Assembly (NCBI GenBank): GCA_028534125.1
Contig: CM052845.1
Location: 5,704,001 to 5,768,000, forward strand
Length of the DNA stretch: 64,000 bases
DNA from: Lama glama
Taxonomy: Eukaryota
Reading direction: 5' to 3'
In this document: positions 13,246 through 24,271 of the stretch, in pieces
How positions within the stretch are numbered: position 1 is the first letter of the stretch
How the letters are laid out: every line of letters starts with the position of its first letter
Position numbers and translations under genes: made by a program
The notes under the pieces: model-generated
Seen by the model: only the letters and a program-made list of their open reading frames with translations
Told to the model about the DNA's origin: nothing
Database searches by the model: none

Positions 13246-14194
13246 GCCGTATTTTTCCTTTCTATCTTCAAGGGAGATAGGAGTTCACAGAAGTGAGTGT
13301 GTTTTGTAAAGCGTGTGTTTAATAAATACCTGGCAATCTCATCATGCATTCCCACTTCCAGAAAACTCCAAGCCTACCCATAGCAGGTCAATAGCATGAT
13401 CTTCAAAGCCCACGAACAATCAGTTCCAATTACTTTACTAAGCAGGAAGAGACAACTTGAAACTTGTATTCCAAGGCAGCCAGAACCGTTTGCCATTTTT
13501 AGCCTCTGATATCAATTGCTTCTCCTACAGGCATCTTCACTGGGGTACCAGTTGCCAAAGCAGATCTGTCTTTTTGAGGCTTGCTTTTGCTCAAACTCTA
13601 TGTGCTCATTTGATAAAGAGGCTGACTCCAAGCCATGCTTAATCTTTTGCTCCATGGGCTGTGTTTGGGAGCTGGCTCACAAACTGCCCCTCAAAGGGAG
13701 GAGGGAAAGTGACAATAAAGGGAGAGTTATGGACTGTGAAACCTTGCCCGACAGGCTCTCTTTCCTCGAATTAGCTAGGAAAGCAAAAATGGGTGTTATT
13801 AGAGGGCAAGTGTCTGGCGTTGCGGCTCTCACTGGGCTCTGTCATTGGGAAGACTCCTTAATGGCTGAACTTGGAAAGACTACACGACAGCTGTGCCTGG
13901 AGATAGCACACATTGAGTGCGATTAGGGTAATGTTTCCTTCATTGCTTAAGCAATAGAAGGAAAGAGCCCAGCCAATGCATCAGGCTTTCATTTCAGGCA
14001 CAGGGAGACAGGAGGATGCCAGACAGCTACAAAATGGTAGTCCCTGTAATCCAGATAACTGAGTTGTTCAGCCCATGAAAAATAGGAAGGGGAAAATATA
14101 TAGATCCCCTCGCCTTATAAAACAATATTTTAAAAAAACACCATGGAATGATCTGTATGGAAATCATGGGAAACCATGGGGTAATTTATGGTAT

Positions 14195-14395
14195 TGTGGT
14201 ATGAAAGTTAGAAAGTCTAATAATCCCTTTTCAGATCTGCCACTCAATTTTTCTGTAACATTAGGAAATAACGTTATCAGGAATTGTGTCTCAATTTTTC
14301 CATCTGTAAATTGGAGATAAGACATCTGTTCTCTCAACATCAGACCCATTTTGTAAGAATCAAATACATTAATGGATCTGAAAGTGTTGGAAATG
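14195..14395 (+). mobile_element. MIR/MIR3 fragment
   Basis: ctgccactcaattttctgtaacattaggaaa ... tctcaatttttccatctgtaaattggagataa. Confidence 0.65.
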
Positions 14396-14766
14396 TACCT
14401 GTATATTGTTGTATTCATATTAGGAATTTGATGGTAAAGTATATTCAGTGTCTGACTGCATAAAATAGAATATATAGGGGAAAATATCAGAAAACTCTTA
14501 GACGTAATGTGTCAGGAGTTTAAAAATCAGCTATTGAAAATCACACTTAAGTAACCACTTCTAAAGCCTTCTTACATTTTTGTTTGTTTTGATTTTTACC
14601 TGCTCGGCTTCTTTTAAAAACTACAAATTACAAATAATGCTTTTTAGTGCTTTTCCCAAGAAAATAGCAATTGTCAGGACTTTTCTAAAGGTAGAGAGAG
14701 CCTTGATTTTACTTTACATTTACCTCATGTGCCAGTGGAGGAATAAGGAGAAAAAGCAGGAGTCAG

Positions 14767-14769
<3 letters not shown>

Positions 14770-14814
<45 letters not shown>
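14770..14814. repeat. (CA)n microsatellite, about 22 units
   Basis: Uninterrupted CA run. Confidence 0.97.
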
Positions 14815-14816
<2 letters not shown>

Positions 14817-15153
14817 TTCCATGGCAATACAAACTCTTCCATACACATACCCCAAGCCTGCATGAGGGTAAAGAGGTTACTCTGTGTTTCTTTCTTACTC
14901 TCAGTTCAAGACAACTGAATCACATATCTATTTGGCTTTTCATATAACTTAAACTTAGTTTTGGATTTCTCTTCTTGGATGTCCTTGTCCTTTGCAAAGA
15001 CACCTGACTTAAGGACATCATATAAATATTTTTGCCACATTATTATAATGAGCATTTTTTTCCAAAAGGAAATAACATTGATGGTCCACATTCCACTTGG
15101 CTTTATAAATCCTATGTATTTGTCATCATGTTGACTTCTCTACTTTTAGTCAT

Positions 15154-15815
15154 TGTGATGGTTAATTTTATGTGTCAACTTGACAGGGCCACAGAGTACC
15201 CAGATATTTGGTCAAAAATTATTCTGAATGTTTCTAGAGGGTGTTTTTGGATGAGTTAGCGTTTTAGTTGGTAGACTGAGTGAAGCCGATTACTGTCCCT
15301 CCTGTGGTGGGCCCTGTCTAATCCGTTGAAAGTGAGAATAACACTAAACAGTCAACTCTCCTCAGTCTCTATTTTGGCAACTCACATTACAGATTTGGGG
15401 ATTTGTTAGCTTCCATAATTGCATGAACCAGTAAGCCAATTCCTTATAATAAATTGACCTCACATAAGTCCTGAGAATGCAGTGCATAGCGTGGTGACTA
15501 TAGTTCATAATGCCCCATTGTATATTTGAAGTTACTAAGATAGTAAATCTTAAAAATTATTACAAGAAAAAATTTATAGCTAGGTGTGGTGCTAGATGTT
15601 AATTAGATTTATTGTGGTGGTGGTCATTTCACAATATATACAAATATTGACTTATTATGTGGCACACCTGAAACTAATATAATGTTATATATCAATTACA
15701 CCCCAGTAAAAAAATCAATCTCTCTATATGTAATACATATATAAATATATGCAATATTGTTATATCTACATACATTCTATTAATTCTGTTTCTCTGCAGA
15801 ATGCAGATAATTACA
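15154..15815 (+). mobile_element. ERVL solo LTR (MLT2C/D-like), interrupted by L1
   Basis: Begins with the diagnostic MLT2 5' end tgtgatggttaattttatgtgtcaacttgac. Contains gccaattccttataataaat and ends ttctgtttctctgcagaatgcagataattaca. Confidence 0.9.
15460..15714 (+). mobile_element. L1 3' end (L1MA/MB-like) nested in the MLT2 LTR
   Basis: atagcgtggtgactatagttcataat ... ttgtatatttgaagttactaaga ... cacctgaaactaatataatgttatatatcaattacaccccagtaaaaaaa. Confidence 0.85.
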
Positions 15816-15948
15816 GGCAGTCACATTTTGTACTTTTAAATTCCTTATGAAAAAAGGTTAGGCATTCCTCAATATTCCATCATTTTTCCTGCACTGGTTT
15901 TCCAGGTAAATTTTAGCATATCTTGGCTAGAAAAACAAAAGATATGAC

Positions 15949-15973
15949 TGTGTGTGTGTGTGTGTGTGTGTGT
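15949..15973. repeat. (TG)n microsatellite
   Basis: About 12 TG units. Confidence 0.95.
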
Positions 15974-16509
15974 ATACATAAACAATTCCTATATAGAGAA
16001 CTTTTGCCAATGTAAAGGATCTTTATTATACTTGAACTCATAGTCCTTTTTTACGTGCATCTAAAACATTTCCACCCGTTATTTGTTTTCCTTTACTTTT
16101 GGTCAGTAATCCTTTTCTTGGCTAGTTGGCCGATGTTTTCCATCTAAGGTATGCTGCAAGATTGATGGCCTCAAACCTTCAACTTCAGCTTTCCTTCTTT
16201 TGCAAGTTAGGATTGGGTTTGGGTCAACTCTGGGTCAAAAATATATTAGGTTAGTCTTTTCAGATTGTGCTTAGATCTATATATCAAGAACAGAATAAAA
16301 TTGAGACGGCTTCCTTGGCTGCCCTCTCAAACCACTTGACCTTTTAAGATTCTTTTTCCAGTTATGGTTTCCTCTTTGCACTCTGCCCATACAGTTTATG
16401 TTGAAAGTGCTACAGGAAATCATTTCTTACTCAAAGCCCTATACGTATTTCAGTTCTTTTTTTTAAATTTTTTTCCAGGAAACTAAGTTCTCCAAATAAT
16501 TTGGGGGCA

Positions 16510-16700
16510 ATTCGGTAGTAGTATCTCAGGAAGAACACCGTGCTGGGAGTCAAACCACTCTTAAGGTGCTAGGGTCCTAACTTGGAGCTGTGTTACTTTC
16601 GGTAAATCACTGCACCTCTCTGACGAAGTTTGAACTGCCCACCTTAGAGGAATTGAAGAACAGATGATATAGGGTTTGGAAAATTAATTTGTAAGTTGTC
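16510..16700 (+). mobile_element. Degenerate MIR
   Basis: gaagaacaccgtgctgggagtca ... ctgtgttactttcggtaaatcactgcacctctctga. Confidence 0.55.
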
Positions 16701-18592
16701 AATTAGTATCAAAATGTATTACAGTTTTCTTCATTTTTCTGAATAAAGGGTACTTGATGTGTGGTCCCATACCTACCACTTCCCATTTTCACATTAAATT
16801 AAAATTATAATCTCTTATATACTTGGTGTTAGACAGTGAACAGACATACTAAAACCTCTAAGCATATCTTGTCTAGGTGTTTTCCAGTGTTTTCTTGTAT
16901 ATGAAAATATATGACGTAATTTCATTAGAATTTGCGATTAAAATGACCTTGCAGTTTCATAACAAGGCTGTGCGGTCTCCCATTTCATGTTTCTTCTGTT
17001 GGGAGTGTTTTGATCCTGTCATTTCAAGGTCTCTTATGGTGATAAACTGATCACCAGAGAGACGACTGAAGTTTTCATAAGACATAGAAGGTATATAAAA
17101 TTTTGAAGGGTAAGACTTACAAAATTGCAAGACTGTAAATAACCTAGAAATTCTAAGCTTGGAAAACAATTTAATAATAGACAAAAATTATGGAAAGAGA
17201 AGAATGACTTAGTTGAGTGCATAATGGAAAATCTGGAGATCTGGGTTCTAACCTCTCTGTACTATGAAATAGTAAAATTTTAGGTCCATCTTTTGCTCAG
17301 ATGTCTGTACTAGAAAAATCTTCAAGAAACTTTCTAATACTAACTGCTCTGATTCTGCCCCTCTCAAGCCTCTAGTTCCTAGGACCGCCACCACACTCTC
17401 TATTTGCAGGATGTACCAATAACAGTGTCTTTCTCTTTGTCTCTCATATTCCAACCTCCAGATGAGGTTATGTGGGATCAGAAAGAATTGCCCTCTCCAG
17501 CAGTGAAGATATATTATAGCACATTCACTCAGTCATTCACAACAAAAAATATGGCACCTGCCTTAATAAAGCCTTTTCTATTGCTACCTTTTAGAGGGTT
17601 TCTGGATCAGAACCAACCTTTATTTGGACATCAAATGATTGGTCACAAAAATACAATAATTAAGATTGATAATAACTTCCACTTATTAAGCACTTATTAA
17701 ACGACTTGGAGTGGATGCCCAACCATCTTTTAGAGGTTATTTTAAAGATCAAATAACAGAAAAGAAACAAAAATTTGACTACTCTTAGGGTGATCCTTCA
17801 TGTGCAGAAGGTTCTCAGTGATTTTCAATTCCTATTAGTGAGAAAATAAATTAATGTTAAAAAAACTCAAAGTATTAATTTAATCCTACAGAAGGATTAC
17901 ATGATATGCTTGTTCATGGCTTTAGTATTTTCCACCTTATAAATGAGGCATCATCTTAAGAAAGAGACAGATTCTAAATAAATGGTGAAAAAAAAATCAT
18001 CTTCGAAAAGAGGTTATTTCCAAAAGAAGAGGAAATTGAAAACAGTGAAATATTTTCTTTAGTCATTTCAACCCTCATTATCAGACATCTGTGCCCTGTG
18101 TCTGCAATGTTCTCTTTCCTTACTCACAGACTCTCACTTGCCTTTAAAAAAAATCTCTTGAACTCTTCCTTGACCATGATAGTCTTTCAGCTTTGTTGCA
18201 GAGGAATAGGAAACTTACTGATCAATTTACTAAGAATGTTTACATGTATATATATATACTCATAACACATTGTTACACATCACATTTATACATTATATAG
18301 TACACTATATATAATCATACAGATGTAGGTGAGTAGAGATAGCTCCTAAGACTTGTTTTGGATTATAGGACAAACATGATTTGATTTTAGCCAATATGGT
18401 GGCTGGAAACATGTGATGTGTGTCTGTTTGATCTTTGATGTGTGACTGACTCACATTTCTGAGGCCCCAGCAGCCTGGAGGAGTACCCTCAAATGGGTGG
18501 GTGTAGATCACCATAGACTTCGTCTAAAGACGAAAGGCCCATTGGCTTAACTATCCAAACCAGCCTGCCCTGTCCCTCCTTTTCTTTATGGT

Positions 18593-18754
18593 CATGGTTA
18601 TTAACTCTTGCTGCACGTTAGATCTAATCACTGATCGCAGGATCTCCCATCAGATTAATTGAATCTGGATCCCTCAGGGCAGGTTTCAGGCATCGGTGCT
18701 TTTTTAAAAAGCTCCCTAGATGGTGCTACTGTGTAGCCAGGGTTGAGAAACATT
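18593..18754. mobile_element. MER5-type hAT-Charlie MITE
   Basis: ttgctgcacgttaga ... ttttaaaaagctccctagatggtgctactgtgtagccagggttgagaaacatt, with decayed terminal inverted repeats. Confidence 0.8.
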
Positions 18755-21609
18755 CCTTTGTTGGTGTTGGGAGCAGAGATCTCTCCCTGAAGCACTCCCT
18801 TCTCCATGGCGCCCACCCTCCCTAGTGCTGACACGCCACCCAGCTCCCTACTCTGGGCTCTGTTACTCTCAGCTGATCGTGAGGTTGAGTTGAGGGGTGG
18901 CAGGTGTTGTTCCAGGGGTCGTCTCCAGTGCTATTCTAGCTAATGTCTAATCTCACTTCAGCAGTCACCACGCTGGGACGGAGAAGGACATCATGCTGTC
19001 CCCTTGGTGTTAGGATGACTTATTAAACCACAAACAGTGGGCTTGGACATGCATTTCTTTTCTTTCTTTTTTTAAATTGTGGTATTACTCCTGTTGTTTA
19101 ATGCGGCTTCTCTGATTTAGACAGCAGTTGTATACGGCTTCTCTGAAGGACTAGGTCACAAAATGCTTTAATTAATCCCACACAACATCCCTCTCAAATC
19201 ATTTCTCAACTGATACACAAGATAAGATCACAAGATCTTAAATCTTGAGCTATTCAAGATCAGAAGATACACAACTTTATTTTCCCTTGAAGTGATTTTC
19301 TCACTAATAAACTTCCCAAGAGTTTAAAGGACTGTCACTACCTACAATTATTCCATTATTCCGGTTTTGGCATTGGTTACTCACCACAATATACCCTTAA
19401 CTGTCTCTCCCATTAGGCTTTTCGGTCTGTTTGCAAGGAGTGCTTCCACAGTTCACCCTGACAATGCCCGATTCCAGCAGAATAACCCTTTTCCCTCACC
19501 CCTGGGATCTAGACATACATACTCATATGAATTTGCTCAGTTCAGTTTTCATGCTCATAAGAATCAAGGCCTTAAAGGACAGTTGCTAGAACTTTGTAAA
19601 CAACCTCAGTAAATGTTGGAGGAATGAATGAAGTCAATGAACAGTGCCCAATGAAAAGCAATCAGCACGTGAAAGCCTGAAACATTATTCCTCACAATGC
19701 TCTTAGAAGTGGAGTTGGAATTTCTGAAAACCAGGAGCACCATTTCATATCCCCTTTGCTCCCTTTCCAAGTTCACCACATACTCTGTCCCTGTCTACAT
19801 ACACACTCCACCCCGTTTGCGTAAATCAAGTAGATCCTGGTCCCGAACCTTTCAGGGAGAAGCAGTCTCCACTGGCCAAATCAGGTGGGACAGGATCCCA
19901 TGTGTGCCCAGAACCCCTGCCTCCTTCACAGACTGGTCACAATAATCAATACTGCTGTGACGTGCAAGGAACAAATTAGACATCGATGCCATGGCTCAGT
20001 GAACAGAAGCAGGTGTTCACCCTCAAATGTGTAAACCCATTTAGCAGCCATACCTGGCTGCCTCAGCTAGAGTTAAGTCCCTAACAGGTTAAAAGGATGC
20101 CTCAAGTGTGTGCCTGTTCTCCTGAGGGAGATAAGGTTAGGGCACTGTAGGAGGGGAAATGGAGTCCTTGGGGGTTTCATTTACAAGCTGTTGTCTAAAA
20201 ATTTAACATCTGGACATGCTGTGCTGGGTGGCATCCTCATCCCTTTGTGTTCAGACGCTGGTCCTCCTCCCTCCCTCTGCCCACGAGCCCCCACCTTCAC
20301 GGCTGTCTGACTTGGGTGGGAAATAACCATCTTCTTTCCCAAAGGCCCGTTAAAAATCAGTAATGGAAGGGATCAGTCAGGCCAGCCTGCCGGCCCCTCA
20401 TTCTTTATGAATCATCTGGCAATTTTTTAGTTTGACAATTGCACCTCATATATTTTAATATTGGTTTTCAAAGAAGAAAGCGGAGAACTTCCATTTCTTT
20501 ACAGCTCCCTGTAATTTCAACTTGCTCTTTACTTATGTATGAAGTCGACTTGGGTGGAAAGGTTAGAGGCAGATGAATTTCTAGTTTCAGAGCCTGGGAA
20601 AGGCCAATAAAATGTGCAATAATCTTAATGCTGAGGTTTCGTGGAGCTGGATGTGTGCTTTATATTCATGGACGACACTCCTTGAAAATGGTGACAAGGA
20701 CCTCATATTTCTAAGGGTCTTTTTTTTTTTTTGCATGATTTTTCCTAAATCCTAACTCTTGTTTAAATTATTTTTAGATGACTGTAAAAAACAAAACAAA
20801 ATGAAACAAAACAAACAAGAGCTCATCATGATTAAAAAGATCCCTAATATTTTCAGGTCCAACAAGCAACGAATGTAAAAGTTTGTTTGATTTTAATCCT
20901 CCCTGGACCAATTGGAAAAGAGCTGACTACTTTTCTAACCCCGCAAATATTTACCAATCTTCCTACCTATAAACTCTGCTTTCCTAAATTTTTATTTATG
21001 AATCACTTTTTTATTGATTGCTATGCACAATTAAAGGATTGGAGCAAAAATTACAGAAGGCATAACAGAGGATTAGATATCTCTGTTTTATAGGTGTAAA
21101 TAAAACACCATAGGACAATAGTTACTTATTTAAATTCTTACACTTACCACGATAGTGAAATAAAACTTTGTCCCTTCTTTCCTTCTTACTGCCCTCGGAG
21201 AAAATAAAGCAGAGAATCAGAAAGAAAGGGAAGGAAAAAATAAATAGAATGTCTTTTCAAACAGGAACTTTGGAATTTGAAGCACTATATCATATGTCTA
21301 CCCTAAAACCTTCTGTTCCATCCTACTCTAGAAGTTTATGTTCTATTCAGTACCAGCAACTATACTTAGCATTACACTGCAAAGCATCAAAACAATAGCA
21401 TATTTTTATGAAGATTCGTACTTGTCAAAGTACTCTCATTTTCATTATATCAGTTTATCTTAACAACAACCCTTGAATCTTAAGATTCTATAGTTGGAAG
21501 GACCCTCCTATAGCATTACCTCTAAAATAGTCCTCCAAATTATGATCTAGTCTCTAATTTTGGAGAACTTACTGTATCATGAGGCAAACAATTTCACTTA
21601 AAAAAAAAA

Positions 21610-23245
21610 GCACTTTTTTTTCCTTTGTAATAAAAAAGTACACTTGTTCATTTTTGAAAGTTTAAAAATTGCAGAATAAACAATGAAATCACTTTTATAT
21701 CTACCACCAAGAATTAATTGCTATTAATATTTTGGTATACTTCCATGCTGTCTTTCATCAATACAAATATATATGTATATATAATTAGTTGGGAATGAAT
21801 TATTACTGTAACAGTCAACATACGTAAAACTGTTGAGGTGTTCAGAGTGAGCCTCCCCAAAATGTGGCTCTGTTGCCTGAGGATTTTTTTGAGCTAAAGG
21901 TGGTCGAAACCCTGAGCATTCAAAAAAACTACTGCCCTCCCTTATCTACCTAGAATAATTTAAATTGAGGACTTTTTTCCAGGTACAAGAGCTATCATCA
22001 GAAATAAACTTTATCAAAAAAAAAAAAAGAAATAAACTTTATCTAGGTGTCTCCATCTCTAAGGCAGGGCAAATATCTCATTACCAAATATCTGCTCCTC
22101 CTGTCATCCTACAAGTGACTCTCCCGTCCTTGGAAGCCCTTAGCTCAGGAGGGCATATGGACATCATTTTACCTTTCTGTCTTTGGACCTGTCGTGAATG
22201 TGGGGCCTCTAACTCGCTCAAATATGTGGGAGTCTCGTACATAAGTAATAACATTTGATTTTCCCCTGTTAATCTGTTTTATGTCTAGTTTAGAGCAGTC
22301 AGAAGAACCAAGGAGGGTAGAGGGAAGATTTTTTCCCTCCCCAGCCTTGTGTTTTTTGATCCTCAAGGCTGAAGTTGATCCCTAGGCAGAACCCCCTTAT
22401 CCAGTGGTTCCTAGGCACTGAGAGGGAGGGGTGAGGACCCGGGGTGAGAGGAGGGGGCAAGGGTGGGGAGCAGGAAGTGTGACGGTCAAGAGAAGGGGTG
22501 GAAACTCAAGGGCCCTGTGGTGTAACTCCTGCCTGTAACCTTCACCCCCCACCTCCCGTATCTTCAGTGAATTCAGTAAAAACTCATTGATTGCTTGGTA
22601 GTTGGTGTGAGTGGGTATTTTATGGACACTTGATAAAAGGATGGAACATTTTATTTGGGGGAATGAAGCCTGTAAATGACATCATCCGTAGATGTAGGCA
22701 CTGGATCAGGAGTGCTCGGGAAGGAGCAGAAAGTTGAGAGGATGGTTTTGGATTTCCAGAAATCATGTCTGAAGGGTGCAAATGAAGCTTTAGCTAGTTC
22801 TCTGAGAACCGGTGTGCTCCTGGATGGCCTCTGAGTAGTATATGCCTTTACACTATGACTTTATGAAACGTGGTTCAGATGATCTTGTATTTGCTCTTTG
22901 CCTTTCAATTTTGCAGTATCGTATATCTTGTAATTACATACCATTTATAATATGATTTTTAAAGTGTGTCATATGTGACATGCATTCTATATGTGTATGT
23001 AGGTATATCACTGATGTGCTCAATTTCCTGTTTTTACTATTTCAAACAATGTAATGAACATTCCTATACCTAACATATAAAAATTAAACAGCATGTCTGA
23101 TTTTTTGAAAATATCCCTAGATGTGAAATGTTTGGTTTACAGGGTTTTTTTTTTAATGTTTTTGATATTTGTTGCCAAGTTTCCAATAAAAACTCTTATC
23201 AGTCAATTTACAGTTTCATCAGCTCAGCAGTTTATGAGAGGACCC
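21610..23245 (-). mobile_element. Old L1ME-like 3' region in two pieces (~21610-21808 and ~22880-23245)
   Basis: aattgctattaatattttggtatacttcc, then ttttactatttcaaacaatgtaatgaacatt ... atatccctagatgtgaaat ... tttgatatttgttgccaa. Confidence 0.6.
21831..22346 (+). mobile_element. ERV1 solo LTR (MER34-group)
   Basis: Starts tgttgaggtgttcagag ... ccccaaaatgtggc ... ttttgagctaaagg. Ends ttttcccctgttaatctgttttatgtc ... ggagggtagagggaagattttttccctcccc. Confidence 0.85.
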
Positions 23246-23709
23246 AGCACCTATTCCACAAGTTAAATTTCATCCATCTAATTTCACCTGCTGGTTGAAA
23301 CATTTTTTGAATTTTGATCTTGTTTCCCATTGTATTAGCAGTCTTCAGTGAGTTTGGGAATCAAAATACGCATGAGATCTATCTCATTCAAGACATCAAC
23401 TACAAAAACGTTAAGTTAGGCAAAGTACATTAGAGCCTTTGGGAAAACCATCTGAAAATTCCACCCAGAAAAATACTTACTGATTTAACAATACTCTTTG
23501 AATATGATCTATCCATCACTGCCTCATCTATATTTGTACTGTATTTTTATAATCATCATAATCTGTTATAATTATTGATCGCCATTTCTGTCTACATTAT
23601 CATACTGTGATCTACTTACTCACTTACTTGCATATGCCCTCCCCCCACCACCCTGTGAAATAATACCAATTGGTACAACATTCTGAGAGGAAGATGATTT
23701 ACTTTGCCA

Positions 23710-24012
23710 ATAGGAACAGGGACAGATGCCTTAGGAAATGTCTCAGAGAGTAAGTGACATCTACTGTTGGCTTTGGCAAATCAGTCCAGGCTCCCTGTGT
23801 AGGAAGGGGGCTAAAGGAAATTCCAGGGATAGAGCACATTGTCATTTAACAGCACAGATATAAAGGAGACTGCAAGGAACACACAGAAATGGTTCGGTAT
23901 AACTAAAGCATAGTGTCGGAGGACAGGGAGGAAGAACCTGGAAAGGTAGAACCAGATGCTCTCCTTGGCATTCTCAGGATTAAAGTTGACTTAAATTTTG
24001 TTGGACTAAGCA
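23710..24012 (-). mobile_element. L2 fragment
   Basis: ggaaatgtctcagagagtaagtgacat ... ggaaattccagggatagagcac ... ggttcggtataactaaagcatag. Confidence 0.55.
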
Positions 24013-24227
24013 GAATTCTCTGGTTGTTTTTTTTTTTTCTCGATATCTGGTTGATTTTAATTCAGACTGCATCAGGTTCAAAAGCAGGAGATTCATTTCT
24101 AATTTCTAATGTACCATCAACTAAATGGTAAGAAATGAGGTGAAAGGAAGAGGGAGCTCTCCATGTCTGTTCTGTGTCCTGTCTAGGCTTTGTAATCACT
24201 CTGTTGGTTTACTAGTATGATTATCCC

Positions 24228-24271
24228 ACCCTCCCTCCCTCCCTTCCTTCCTTCGTTCCTTCCTTCCTTCT
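24228..24271. repeat. (CCCT)/(CCTT)n simple repeat
   Basis: ccctccctccctcccttccttccttcgttccttccttccttc. Confidence 0.9.
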
